Shown: one piece after another, positions 31,959 to 42,232 of the stretch
Numbering within the stretch: the stretch's first letter is position 1
Layout of the letters: each line of letters begins with the position of its first letter
Source: a virus
Lineage: Duplodnaviria > Heunggongvirae > Uroviricota > Caudoviricetes
Strand: one strand, 5' to 3'
Virus record (IMG/VR): IMGVR_UViG_3300025015_000009
Coordinates: 192,001-256,000 of that record
Length of the DNA stretch: 64,000 nucleotides
Translations under genes and position numbers: made by a program
The notes under the pieces: model-generated
What the model was told of the DNA's origin: nothing
The model's input: the letters and a program-made list of their open reading frames with translations, nothing else
The model's database searches: none

Positions 31959-32930
31959 ATGACATACTCAGCTGGAAGCACGATTGTTGCAACAGATTAT
32001 AATACATTGGCCTGGGGAGGGACTGCTAATGCATACACTACAACCCCAGCAAACGCAGCAGTGTCTTACGGAGTGGGCACTTCTCGGTATGGCCTTGGCG
32101 CCAGCGTTACTGGGATACCTGGGGTTATTGCTACTAATACTGTTACAGCAGCCCAATGGGCCGGTCTTATTGCGACCGTAAATAACACAAGATCGTACCA
32201 GACTAATGGGTATACTCCTATATCAACAGTGGTTGCTGGGAATACAATATCAATACTATCTAACCTGTCAACCGAATTAACAAACGCAATGACAAACGCC
32301 GGAACGTGTGCGTTAGCATTAACAGACAGCGCCCCGACTAACTTGGTATTTTCGACTGCTTGGGGCGGAGCTGGGAACCGTCGGTTAACATTCACACAAA
32401 GCGTTTCCTTTGCCAGTGCAGATGCCGCTAGGTACTTTTTTAATGCAGGCGGAAAGATTAAGATTTCTTTTTCACGGGCAGGCGGATCTGCAACAACACG
32501 TAACACAAATTGGACAGCACTTGCTACTGCCGCTGGGACAATAGAAATAGGATACCTAAACACAACAAAGGCAGGCGGGTCAGGAACACCAACTGCACTC
32601 CGCAATGCAAGCAACGGAGGGTACTGGAATATGACATTATCAGATGTGACCCATTTCCAACAATATGCTGCAACAGCACCATACACAATCGACTATATCG
32701 TAGTTAATGCAAAATGGAGTGGAACAACAGCAAATAGTGGGTATCCGACGTTAACTTTTACTGTGTATTGGGAAAACGATTACGTTAACGCCTTTCAAGA
32801 AACAGTCGACGGCACAGCAACGACCTCATTTGTTATTAGCTCGCCACCAACTGCTCACGCAAACACATATTTAGGATCCGCCACCTGGGGCGCGGTTTCG
32901 TTACCAACCGGTACAGTTACAAATAACTAA
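31959..32930 (+). CDS. virion structural/tail fibre-associated protein
   Basis: Thr/Ala/Gly-rich, with FASADAARYFFNAGGKI motif; follows the tail fibre gene. Confidence 0.6.
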   Translation: MTYSAGSTIVATDYNTLAWGGTANAYTTTPANAAVSYGVGTSRYGLGASVTGIPGVIATNTVTAAQWAGLIATVNNTRSYQTNGYTPISTVVAGNTISILSNLSTELTNAMTNAGTCALALTDSAPTNLVFSTAWGGAGNRRLTFTQSVSFASADAARYFFNAGGKIKISFSRAGGSATTRNTNWTALATAAGTIEIGYLNTTKAGGSGTPTALRNASNGGYWNMTLSDVTHFQQYAATAPYTIDYIVVNAKWSGTTANSGYPTLTFTVYWENDYVNAFQETVDGTATTSFVISSPPTAHANTYLGSATWGAVSLPTGTVTNN

Positions 32931-32950
32931 TACTCAGTAAAATAAGAACT

Positions 32951-32978
32951 AAAAGGGTACTAGGTGCCCTTTTATTTT
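32951..32978 (+). terminator. intrinsic terminator of the tail operon
   Basis: AAAAGGGTAC-TAG-GTGCCCTTTT followed by ATTTT. Confidence 0.75.
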
Positions 32979-33024
32979 GACCTGAATAATAGTAGTTAAA
33001 TATGTAATAGTCAAGGAGCGTCGC

Positions 33025-33354
33025 ATGAACACATTAGACTTGCAAGAAGTAGCAAAGCAACGATTTGATTTTAACTCGTTTAAACAAACGGTAAAAGAAA
33101 AAATTCAGACTCAACTCACAGTTGTTCACAATAACGGGCTCTTCAAAGCAACGCCAGAGTTAATTTCATTGGTTACCGTGTTACAGCAAAGACCGCACGG
33201 TGAGTTTATATACTTAGAAGATGCATACGGAAACCCAGTTGAAGCAAATGCTGATGAGCTACTTACACGACTAGTTGATGCTCATCAGTTTGCACACAAC
33301 AACTGGTTTATTGAGTTTGAGCATAATAAGAAAATAAGAAAGATAGATGTCTAA
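33025..33354 (+). CDS. hypothetical protein, first gene of the glycosylation-type operon
   Basis: AGGAG Shine-Dalgarno, late promoter at 32997, overlaps the next start. Confidence 0.7.
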   Translation: MNTLDLQEVAKQRFDFNSFKQTVKEKIQTQLTVVHNNGLFKATPELISLVTVLQQRPHGEFIYLEDAYGNPVEANADELLTRLVDAHQFAHNNWFIEFEHNKKIRKIDV

Positions 33355-34159
33355 AGGAATTGTTATTTTTGCGTTCGACTCGTCGATGCAACCGTACACT
33401 AAGATTGCTGCCGTTGCTGCACAGTTAGCAAAGATAGCGTTGGGGTTACCGGTTACGTTGATTACAAACATAGAAAATGTTGCAAACTCAGCGGTATTTG
33501 ATTGTGTTCTTGTCCTAGATGATGTCAAAGGGCAATCTCGGCTAATAACCCAGGATAACTCCTTTTCTAAGTTAGAGTGGAAAAATCAGAACCGAGTCGA
33601 CGCATACTCGTTGTCGCCGTACGAGCAAACATTGTTAATAGATGCTGATTATTTTATCTTTAGCCAACACTTATTAACAATGTTCGACAGCAACTTAGAT
33701 TTTGCAGTATACACTGATGCCGTTGATATTACCGGAATGAGTCAGATAACTAGTATACGGTTAAACAATATATCGATTCCGATGTCCTGGGCAACAGTTG
33801 TGTATTTTAGAAAATCTAAGGTAGCTAGTGCAGTGTTTGATATGATGGAAACGGTCCGCGACCAGTACCACTACTATGCTGCAATGTACGGGTTTAACGA
33901 ATCGCAATACCGCAACGATTATGCGTTGAGTATTGCCCTCCATGCGTTACACGGGTATAGTCCGAAGATAAACAGTATTCCTGGGAAATTACAAACAGTA
34001 ACACATAGCAATATTTGGGTAATCGAGGATAGTGTTATGTTCCTAACGTCAGGTGGGGTATCTAGAACATCGAATGTAGATTTGCACATAATGAATAAGT
34101 TTTTGTTTCACGACAACAAATTTTTAGATGAGGTTATAACTCTTGCAAAAAGAAAATAA
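33347..34159 (+). CDS. GT-A fold glycosyltransferase-like protein
   Basis: KGIVIFAF N-terminus, SPYEQTLLIDADY (DxD), WATVVYF, RNDYALSIA. Confidence 0.65.
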   Translation: MSKGIVIFAFDSSMQPYTKIAAVAAQLAKIALGLPVTLITNIENVANSAVFDCVLVLDDVKGQSRLITQDNSFSKLEWKNQNRVDAYSLSPYEQTLLIDADYFIFSQHLLTMFDSNLDFAVYTDAVDITGMSQITSIRLNNISIPMSWATVVYFRKSKVASAVFDMMETVRDQYHYYAAMYGFNESQYRNDYALSIALHALHGYSPKINSIPGKLQTVTHSNIWVIEDSVMFLTSGGVSRTSNVDLHIMNKFLFHDNKFLDEVITLAKRK

Positions 34160-34994
34160 AGGGTACTTGACTATTGCACAGAATACGAAAGACGTTGATT
34201 ACCTGCGACTTGCGTACTTGCAAGCAATGAGTATTAAAGCAACACAGAAGATAAACACGTTCGGCGTTATTGTCGACGCTGAAACAAAAAAAGAGCTTAC
34301 TGCTAATAATCAGAAAGTGTTTGATTACGTGATCGATCTTGAGATCGACGATTCGAAAGACGATGATTGGAAATTCCGTAACGAGTGGAAGGTGTGGTGG
34401 CTAACCCCGTTCAAGGAAACAATTAAAGTTGAGTCTGACATACTGTTTAATCGAAATATTGACCATTGGTGGTCGGGGCTACAACAAAAAGATGTTTGTG
34501 TGACGTCACGCATAGTAGACTATGAGGGAGTGGAGTCGAAATGCACTGCCTATCGAAAACTGTTCGTCGACAATAACCTACCGATGCTGTACAGTGGATT
34601 TACGTACTTCCGATATTCGACTGTCAGCCAACGTTTCTTTGTTTATGTTCGCTTATTAACAGAGAATTGGGAATATGTTAAGAATAACATTCTTGTTAGA
34701 TGCGTTGATACATATCCAACTACAGACGTATTATATGCGTTAGCCGCAGTGTTTATTGGAGTAGAAAAGTGTACCAACCCAGCATTGGAGTTTCCGACCT
34801 TTGTGCATCTTAAAGGCGCAGTTAATCGGTTAAGTGCTGACTCAGACTGGACTGAATATTATTACAGTCAGATTAACAACAGCTTAGATGTTACAGTTGG
34901 GTTTACTCGGCAGATGTACCCACTGCATTACTATGTTAAAACATTTGCAACCGAAGGAGTTATACAAAAATATGAACGACACCTTACTAAGTAG
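34143..34994 (+). CDS. GT-A fold glycosyltransferase-like protein (paralog of previous)
   Basis: KGYLTIAQN..YLRLAY..AMSIK, TPFKETIKVESDI, TDVLYALA, FVHLK. Confidence 0.65.
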   Translation: MQKENKGYLTIAQNTKDVDYLRLAYLQAMSIKATQKINTFGVIVDAETKKELTANNQKVFDYVIDLEIDDSKDDDWKFRNEWKVWWLTPFKETIKVESDILFNRNIDHWWSGLQQKDVCVTSRIVDYEGVESKCTAYRKLFVDNNLPMLYSGFTYFRYSTVSQRFFVYVRLLTENWEYVKNNILVRCVDTYPTTDVLYALAAVFIGVEKCTNPALEFPTFVHLKGAVNRLSADSDWTEYYYSQINNSLDVTVGFTRQMYPLHYYVKTFATEGVIQKYERHLTK

Positions 34995-35337
34995 TCTGAC
35001 TTTGTTGCCTGAGCCAGTTGTGAACTACTACGAATATAGAGTAATATACGATCCATCGACAGCAGAGTGTATCAGAAAAGATGTTGTGTTACCAACTGAC
35101 GTGACCGACGATCGATATGTTGTTGTAACAGAAGATGTGTATCGCTCAATCGAGTTTTGCACCAAGTTCGTTGTTAAAGACAATCAACTTCAACGGAAAA
35201 GAGTTGACTTTGCAAACACAAAGAAGTTAATATTAACGAATACACAGACTAACTTGTGTTCAATAAAAGATGACAACGTGTTTGTTAGTACAGAAGACAC
35301 GAGTAACGTTGATTATTGGACCCCGCGAAGTAGCTAA
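34972..35337 (+). CDS. hypothetical protein
   Basis: Open frame; ATG at 34972 with GAAGGAG upstream. Confidence 0.6.
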   Translation: MNDTLLSSLTLLPEPVVNYYEYRVIYDPSTAECIRKDVVLPTDVTDDRYVVVTEDVYRSIEFCTKFVVKDNQLQRKRVDFANTKKLILTNTQTNLCSIKDDNVFVSTEDTSNVDYWTPRSS

Positions 35338-35345
35338 GGATAATT

Positions 35346-36272
35346 ATGAAACAAATTACGGATCTAGCCGACCTATCTGCAATATTTTTAACGTATGATG
35401 AACCAAAGAAAGAAGAATTTTGGATTGAGATTCAAAACATCGTTCCCTGGGCAGTTCGGGTAGACGGAGTCAAAGGATCCGACAATGCCCACAAGGCGGC
35501 AGCCGCAGCAAGCGAAACTGAGTTCTTTGTGTTAGTCGACGGAGATAACTTGCCAGATCCAGAGTTCTTTAACTTGCAGCTCACATTAACTGATGAACAC
35601 AAAGGATGTGCATTCAGATGGAAGGCTAGGAATCATGTAAACGGGTTAATGTACGGCAATGGTGGGCTCAGTGTGTGGTCAAGAGAATTTGTCAACAACA
35701 TGCGAACTCATGAGAACTCAAATGGATCAACCGAAACGTGTGTCGAGTTTTGTTTTGATCCAAAATACATTCCGATGCACAACTGCTATTCAACAACATA
35801 CCCGAATGCTTCCCCATTCCAAGCGTGGCGCGCTGGCTTCCGCGAAGGTGTCAAGATGTGCTTAGATCGTGGTGCGAGACCCACGTTAACACAGTTTGAA
35901 GACAAGGTGCATAGTAGGAACTATGATCATTTGTGCATTTGGCAGAGTGTGGGCGCAGACGTAGAAAACGGTATTTGGGCAATTCTTGGGGCAAGGACCG
36001 GGACGCACATGACCATGTTAACTGATTGGGATTACCGAGAAGTGCAGGACTTTGACTGTTTGGCTAGAATCTGGGATACTGTGAAAGATGTAGACGCAGT
36101 AGAGTCTAGTTTGTTGTATGGTAATAAACTGCGTCAACGGTTGCGTATGCCTATAGTTGAATTAGATGCGACGCAGTCAGCGTTCTTCAAACATCATTAT
36201 GCTGCCGGCCACAAGAATTTAGAATTGATGACCACTGAGATGTCGGTTATTAGAAAAATAGAAGGTTGGTGA
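35346..36272 (+). CDS. glycosyltransferase-like protein
   Basis: FLTYDEP, VDGVKGSDNAHKAAA, LVDGDN (DxD), NGLMYGNGG, AWRAGFREGVKM; homologous to the C-terminal domain of 42380..45268. Confidence 0.65.
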   Translation: MKQITDLADLSAIFLTYDEPKKEEFWIEIQNIVPWAVRVDGVKGSDNAHKAAAAASETEFFVLVDGDNLPDPEFFNLQLTLTDEHKGCAFRWKARNHVNGLMYGNGGLSVWSREFVNNMRTHENSNGSTETCVEFCFDPKYIPMHNCYSTTYPNASPFQAWRAGFREGVKMCLDRGARPTLTQFEDKVHSRNYDHLCIWQSVGADVENGIWAILGARTGTHMTMLTDWDYREVQDFDCLARIWDTVKDVDAVESSLLYGNKLRQRLRMPIVELDATQSAFFKHHYAAGHKNLELMTTEMSVIRKIEGW

Positions 36273-36273
36273 G

Positions 36274-37671
36274 ATGAGTAATCAAGATAATATCGACGCC
36301 GCCAAACAAAAGATGGTAGAGCTAAATGCGGTATCTCCTACGATGTGCCTTGCAAAGTGGTTGCAGTCAACAACAACACTATACAATGGGATGACGCATT
36401 CTTGTCATCATCCCTCTCAGCACAAGATTAATATAGACAACCTTACACGTAATCCGGCAGGGCTACATAATACTCCTGAGAAGTTAATAGCAAGAGATGA
36501 CATGCTGAACGGGATACAGACTCAAGAATGCGATTATTGCTGGCGCATAGAAAATTTAACATATCAAGACACAATGAGTGACCGAACATACAAAAGTTCC
36601 TCACCCTGGGCGTGGCCACATCTCCAGGATGTATTGGATAGTGGTGTTGGTGCAGAGATAAATCCGACTTATTTTGAGGTTGCATTTGAGCATACATGTA
36701 ACTTTAAGTGTGTTTATTGTATACCCGAGGTGTCGTCCAGATGGTTAGAAGAAGTGAAGACGCACGGTGCATATCAATTGTCTAACAAAAAAGTTCATGA
36801 TCCTGAGTATATTCTGAATTCCAATAGGTTACCGATTCATTACAAAGAATACAATCCGTATATAGACGCATTCTGGGAATGGTGGCCGACTTTATACCCT
36901 AGCTTAGATACGTTTCGTATAACAGGTGGTGAACCATTGCTAAGTGACCATACGTGGAATGTACTGGATTATATTTTATTGCATCCAAGGAAAGAGTTGA
37001 CTCTTGCGATCAATACAAACATGGGAGTTCCACAGCATTTAGTGGCGAAGTTAATTGATTATTGCAACCGGTTATCACCGCACATCAAAGAAATACAAAT
37101 ATTCACAAGCGCAGAGGCAACAGGACCGCAGTGTGAGTATATTAGATACGGAATGGTATGGGATGAGTTTAAACAGAACTGCGATGATTTCTTAACTCGA
37201 ACAGATTCTAGGGTTAAACTAAGTTTTATGGTAACTGCGAATCTACTGGGTGCAACCACATTTACTAGTTTCTTAGAGTGGATACTGTTGTTGAGAGTTA
37301 AACATAACTTAACAAGTGCATTTAATCGTGTGCCAATAATGGTGGCTTACTTGCGTTGGCCAAACCATTTGGCGGTAACAAATTTACCAAACAACTTAAA
37401 AGAAATGTACTCAGTAGAATGGAAAGAGTACGTAGACCGGTACAACGTTGTTGGGAGCCCAGGCAGATTTTATTTAGAAGAAGTTGATCAGGTGACTCGC
37501 CTTATAAACTTTATGAACTCAACTGCTGGCACTGAAGAGCAAGCTGCGGATTTTTATAAGTTCCAATCCGAGTACGATAGACGAAGAGAAACAAACGTGT
37601 TAATTGAGTTTCCAGAATTAGGCGAGTATTACAATTACGGAAAATATCTTTCAGAAAGAACAGATGTCTAA
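36274..37671 (+). CDS. radical SAM protein with N-terminal twitch/SPASM-like Cys cluster
   Basis: CNFKCVYC, ITGGEPLL, N-terminal CLAKW..SCHH..CDYCW. Confidence 0.9.
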   Translation: MSNQDNIDAAKQKMVELNAVSPTMCLAKWLQSTTTLYNGMTHSCHHPSQHKINIDNLTRNPAGLHNTPEKLIARDDMLNGIQTQECDYCWRIENLTYQDTMSDRTYKSSSPWAWPHLQDVLDSGVGAEINPTYFEVAFEHTCNFKCVYCIPEVSSRWLEEVKTHGAYQLSNKKVHDPEYILNSNRLPIHYKEYNPYIDAFWEWWPTLYPSLDTFRITGGEPLLSDHTWNVLDYILLHPRKELTLAINTNMGVPQHLVAKLIDYCNRLSPHIKEIQIFTSAEATGPQCEYIRYGMVWDEFKQNCDDFLTRTDSRVKLSFMVTANLLGATTFTSFLEWILLLRVKHNLTSAFNRVPIMVAYLRWPNHLAVTNLPNNLKEMYSVEWKEYVDRYNVVGSPGRFYLEEVDQVTRLINFMNSTAGTEEQAADFYKFQSEYDRRRETNVLIEFPELGEYYNYGKYLSERTDV

Positions 37672-38905
37672 ATTATCGTTAAACGAGTTGAACAAATCAA
37701 CATTGTGTGCTCAAATGTGGTTTGGTTGTGTTGTTAAAAGCAACGGTGGTGCTGGGATCTGTTGTGAAATTGGAGAAATGTTACCAGAAGAGTATAATGT
37801 GTTAACTAAAGAAGTTTGTGAGTTTGTTGAGAGTCCGGTGTTTATTACCGCTCGACAAGAGATGATATCGGGGAAAGAACCGCCGCAGTGCTGGCGGTGT
37901 TTTGATCGAGAGAAACACGGGACAAGCAGTCTACGACAAACACTAAACACGTTCTATATTTTAAACAATGGCTACTTCGACACGAACAAAATCGAAATAC
38001 AAAATGTAGAAATAGTGTTTGGAGATTTATGCCAACTGTCGTGTGTTATGTGCCATCCGCTCCGTTCGAGAAAAGTAATCGATTCTTTTAACCACATCGT
38101 AAAAACTGATTTCAGAGATACCTATAAACTCGATAATCACATGTTAGCAAACAACGTGCTGTGCGATACAAGCTGGACTGAAAACAAGGAAGTGTGGGAT
38201 AACATCCTCCCTCAATTACTAACCACTAAACGACTATTCTTAAACGGAGGCGAGCCACTCCTAGCAACCTATCACAACTACTTACTCGAATACTTAATTA
38301 ACAACAACGTAGCAAAAAACATCGAACTAATATATTCGACAAATTTGCTATTACTCAACGACACACATCTAAAACTGTGGAGTAATTTCAAAACAGTTAA
38401 CGTAGCAATATCTGTTGATGATTTGCATGAACGAAATAATTTTATTCGTTATCCAACTACTTGGGAGAAGTTGGAGGAGAAAATCAATCAAATCTATCAA
38501 TTGAAATTTGTGGAGAACACGCTACCAAATGTTAATTTTTCAATTTGGTGTGCAGTTAACATGTTGAGCTTTTTCTACCTGACAGAATTCCTCACCTATT
38601 TTCACAAAACATTTCCATTATTACCTATACAAGGACTTAGGGGAATTCAAACTCCTGTGTTCTTAAATCCAAATGTAATGCCGCTGTCGATTAGAACACC
38701 AGTTATCGATGAACTGTTGTTTTTTATCGAAACAAACAAATACAACATGCATCTTAAAAATGATCTCAACTTTTTTACAGGGGCTGATGAAAATATTTTG
38801 TATATGAAAGATGGCATACGATTCTTAGAAATGACAGCTGAGTATCGCAATATAAATATTCATACACGATTCGAGAAATCGTTTAACAGGATTTCAATGA
38901 TATGA
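37664..38905 (+). CDS. radical SAM protein (twitch-domain type)
   Basis: CQLSCVMC, NGGEPLL, N-terminal CAQMW..ICC..CWRC. Confidence 0.9.
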   Translation: MSKLSLNELNKSTLCAQMWFGCVVKSNGGAGICCEIGEMLPEEYNVLTKEVCEFVESPVFITARQEMISGKEPPQCWRCFDREKHGTSSLRQTLNTFYILNNGYFDTNKIEIQNVEIVFGDLCQLSCVMCHPLRSRKVIDSFNHIVKTDFRDTYKLDNHMLANNVLCDTSWTENKEVWDNILPQLLTTKRLFLNGGEPLLATYHNYLLEYLINNNVAKNIELIYSTNLLLLNDTHLKLWSNFKTVNVAISVDDLHERNNFIRYPTTWEKLEEKINQIYQLKFVENTLPNVNFSIWCAVNMLSFFYLTEFLTYFHKTFPLLPIQGLRGIQTPVFLNPNVMPLSIRTPVIDELLFFIETNKYNMHLKNDLNFFTGADENILYMKDGIRFLEMTAEYRNINIHTRFEKSFNRISMI

Positions 38906-39589
38906 AAATAGCTGTACTGATTAGTGGTGAATATAGGACGTTTCCAGTTTGTAGGAAGACTATGACCTTCTTAGATGACCCAAATGTTGACGTGTATGTC
39001 AGCACTTGGGACAAGTCGATTATTCGCAACACACGTCTAAAAATACACAAAGAAGATGATATTACTGCTGACCAGATACGCAACGATTTGGGTCGTTCTG
39101 CGACTATCTTAGTTGAAAAGTCTGACTGTTGTGTAATACGCAATGACCAAAACCGACCTCTCTTACACTGTCGTGAAAAACGACACTTGTGTAGTTGGTG
39201 ACAAATATAATTCTAAGATGATACATCGATGGGTTAAAGGTCTGGAACTGATACAACAAAGCGGCGTAGAGTACGATTATGTTTTTGTAGTTAGACCAGA
39301 CTTATTTTTTGACCCAGGCCACCCAATCCCACCATTGGCTGAATTACTGAGCAACATTGATACGAACTGTTTGTATGCTGGTTGGAGTGATAACTGCAAT
39401 GAGACGAAGAGACTCAATGACGTGCATTTTATTGCTACGTTTGATAGTTTGAAGAAGATTATCAACGACGAAACAAGTACACTGTGGAATAACTCAGCAG
39501 AAGATGATTGGCATATTTGGTGGTACTCACATGTAACGAGCATCGGACTAAAAGTGTTACCTGTTAGCATAGGCTTGGGTCGTTTGTGA
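38902..39589 (+). pseudogene. glycosyltransferase-like gene split into two frames (38902..39201 and 39143..39589) by a 58-nt insert
   Basis: ORF1 MKIAVLISGEYRTF..DVYVSTWD and ORF2 YDYVFVVRPDL..LNDVHF are halves of one family. Removing 39136-39193 restores the frame. Confidence 0.65.
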
Positions 39590-39598
39590 ACAAGCCTA
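39570..39598. terminator. hairpin between convergent genes
   Basis: TAGGCTTG (39570-39577) pairs with CAAGCCTA (39591-39598). Confidence 0.4.
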
Positions 39599-39609
39599 AA
39601 GTTACTAAC

Positions 39610-40857
39610 TTAGTGAGAGCTGCCAGAATAATGTTTCCACAGTTCTGGCAGAGAGTCAGCTATACGTTCATTCCGAATACTGTCTAGATCTAATGTAACT
39701 TTTTTAAACGTTCTTATTTTGTTATAATCTATCTCTTGGTCGAGGATAGGAAATAGCTTTGTGAAAAACGGAACGGTGTATTTCTGTATTTCTAACAACT
39801 CGTCTGCTTTAATAAACATGTCACGAATTTCATTTTTAGCAGATTGTGGTAAGTTGCCTATGAAATAATAATCTGGGGAATGTACAACGTTAAACAAAAA
39901 CTTGTATGAGTCTTGTGAGTTTCCGATTGCTCCAACTTTTACTAAGTAACTAAATAGATTCACAATATACATTACATTTAATACTGATATCGACACATTA
40001 AATAGTAAGGTAATGTTGCCTTTATTTGATGCGCCCACTAACCGAGAAAGATTGCGTTCAACTGTTTCCCATTTTGTGCCAGATCGTATATATTCGGCCT
40101 GCTCCCCGATAGCATCTAAACTAACAGAAATTTCGACTCTTCCGAAGTTTGCCCAATGGTCATCGAGCAAATCGGTCTGTTTGTGGGTTAGCGTACTAAG
40201 ATTGGTGTTATAACGAATCTTAACATCGGTGCGGTTATGTTGCTTCAACAACTCGAGTACTTGGTAATGTTCTTCTGTTACCAAAGGTTCTCCTCCTGCA
40301 AAGTATATTTCTTTTACAGAATGGATATGAGCCGCACAATGCGACAGACGATCTACGTTGTCTTTCCCCCACGTTATTACATTGGGTGCAGATGATATGT
40401 TATTCAGCTTCGACCAATCAGAGTTCCATGCCGACGACGAATGGACACCGCAAGTTCGACACTTGTAATTACATACATTTGAGAATCTAAAATCCCAATA
40501 CTCTAAATTTACGTTAGGACATTCTCCGTCAATCTTAGTGCAAGCAATAGTAGTTCGGAGTTCGGTTAGCTGTTTGCTGTTACCCTTTAGAAAGTTAATT
40601 CTAAACGAGTCTAGTCCAGCTGCTTCGGTTGCATAACAACCGTTGCATAATACGTCCCCAGCACCCGATAGGTGATTAACTCGCAGCCTTTTCATAGTAG
40701 GAGAATTCCACAAGTCTTCTATAGAAGACTTGTTTATATTCCCTATTATTGACTCTGGGGTGTACATCAAACAGCACGGTCGAGCGCCCCCATCGGCATT
40801 AATGTGCAAGTGACACCAAAGTAGGGCACAGAATTTATTATTCAATGATGGTTCCAT
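39610..40857 (-). CDS. radical SAM protein (twitch/SPASM type)
   Basis: CNYKCRTC, FAGGEPL, N-terminal CALLW..PCC..CNGC; likely start MEPSL at 40857. Confidence 0.9.
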   Translation of the reverse strand: MEPSLNNKFCALLWCHLHINADGGARPCCLMYTPESIIGNINKSSIEDLWNSPTMKRLRVNHLSGAGDVLCNGCYATEAAGLDSFRINFLKGNSKQLTELRTTIACTKIDGECPNVNLEYWDFRFSNVCNYKCRTCGVHSSSAWNSDWSKLNNISSAPNVITWGKDNVDRLSHCAAHIHSVKEIYFAGGEPLVTEEHYQVLELLKQHNRTDVKIRYNTNLSTLTHKQTDLLDDHWANFGRVEISVSLDAIGEQAEYIRSGTKWETVERNLSRLVGASNKGNITLLFNVSISVLNVMYIVNLFSYLVKVGAIGNSQDSYKFLFNVVHSPDYYFIGNLPQSAKNEIRDMFIKADELLEIQKYTVPFFTKLFPILDQEIDYNKIRTFKKVTLDLDSIRNERIADSLPELWKHYSGSSH

Positions 40858-40873
40858 TGTTGTATTTACTGTG

Positions 40874-42166
40874 TTACTTAGTAACCTCAAAATTATTGAT
40901 AATCATCGTTCCGTTTCCGTCGGTTACTTCAAGACCGAGCTCAATCGAAATTAATGCGTAATTTTGAGAAAGAATTCCTTTTGATACCAAGTAGTCAAAG
41001 ACTTGACGCAACGGTATCGATGCCTTTGTGGGGGCGACCACACTTTCGAACCAAACGCATTTCCATGTGTATGTGCCATCAGAACACGAGTTAACAGTAA
41101 CGTCATATGCATTGCCATTAATTGTTACCGTGTCAACTACCGTTGCTGACAACGGTTTGAATCTTTTTAGCACAATTCCTACTTCAGCTACATGCGGCCA
41201 AACATGCCTACCACACGATGCTGCCGTGTTGCATGGCCCGTTATCAATCCACATATCAATCAGAATGTCTGCACTGCCATACAATAACCCAGTGGTTTCT
41301 ACAGTAACATCGGTAGTAACAGTTAAACTCCCAACATCTGAGAACGCAATTGGTGTCATGTCTTTACCGCCTGGCGTGTAAAGAACTTCGGGATAAGACT
41401 TAATGCTTCCCCAATGCGGCCCATAGTTATAAGTAGGCCAATCCCACTCAACGTAAGCACTTATACCAGTCTGCACACCATTGGTCATAATCGCGCTGCC
41501 ACTGATGCACTGGTGAAATGCAGTGTCAGGTATATCACCTTTCCCCCAAGTATTATTCGATATCGAATAGTCACCAACAGGAAAATACGGCGAAGCATAA
41601 GCAATGGTGTTGCATGTAGTCACAGGTTCAGGTGTTGCTGCAGAACACATCACCACACCTTCATTAATCCAACCCCTCGCTACAACCTCCTGTATTGCAG
41701 CAAGACTGCTTGTTATGCGATGGTTACTATCAACGCCACGTGCAAATCCATTGTTGTATGCACGATAGATTGGGGTTGCCCCACTTGAACAACTACCATT
41801 AACAGATGGTGTTGAGTTAAACGAAATCCCTTCGTAGTTCCACCGTTTTTCTATGTGTGGAGTAGTAAGCAGTCTGAGGTAGTTGCATTCGCCTGCGTCA
41901 ACCGTATAAAAATGCGAATTGGGGCCTGGAGAGCGACTGCCATAGAAACGGCAAACTGGGGTAGTGCCGCCAGTTTCAAAGTTGTAGCCAGTGCGAACCC
42001 AGCCAGGCCCTGCGCCACCGTTGTCAATAGCGGCAGCTTCTGTAGTGTCTGCGGTGATGAAATAGTGGTCGAGTGTAGTGTGATAAAACTCAACTACAGT
42101 AGCCGCCTTAACTGAAGCTGAGAGTGCCAGCAATGCTATACAAAGATACGTGCGGATTTGGTTCAC
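40874..42166 (-). CDS. secreted glycoside hydrolase family 12-like protein with N-terminal accessory repeat domain
   Basis: GTG start after GAGGG; signal peptide ending SVKA; VVEFYHTTLDHYFIT domain; GH12 motifs NNTWG, KSYPEV, DMW, AEVGI and ELGLEV. Confidence 0.7.
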   Translation of the reverse strand: MNQIRTYLCIALLALSASVKAATVVEFYHTTLDHYFITADTTEAAAIDNGGAGPGWVRTGYNFETGGTTPVCRFYGSRSPGPNSHFYTVDAGECNYLRLLTTPHIEKRWNYEGISFNSTPSVNGSCSSGATPIYRAYNNGFARGVDSNHRITSSLAAIQEVVARGWINEGVVMCSAATPEPVTTCNTIAYASPYFPVGDYSISNNTWGKGDIPDTAFHQCISGSAIMTNGVQTGISAYVEWDWPTYNYGPHWGSIKSYPEVLYTPGGKDMTPIAFSDVGSLTVTTDVTVETTGLLYGSADILIDMWIDNGPCNTAASCGRHVWPHVAEVGIVLKRFKPLSATVVDTVTINGNAYDVTVNSCSDGTYTWKCVWFESVVAPTKASIPLRQVFDYLVSKGILSQNYALISIELGLEVTDGNGTMIINNFEVTK

Positions 42167-42196
42167 TTTTCCCTCATTTAGTAACATAATAAATAC

Positions 42197-42224
42197 ATTA
42201 TACACTCTTTAACCAAAAAGTCAA
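42197..42224 (-). promoter_or_regulatory. early sigma70 promoter cassette
   Basis: TTGACTTTTTGGTTAAAGAGTGTATAAT, identical to the copies at 57036, 57925 and 61757. Confidence 0.85.
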
Positions 42225-42232
42225 CCAAAATA

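Noticed and set aside
7805-32686. Many antisense ORFs of 60-200 aa within structural genes
   Set aside because: Shadows of codon bias on the coding strand, with no ribosome binding sites or recognisable motifs.
30458-32930. Diversity-generating retroelement acting on tail fibres
   Set aside because: No reverse transcriptase and no template/variable repeat pair seen in this window.
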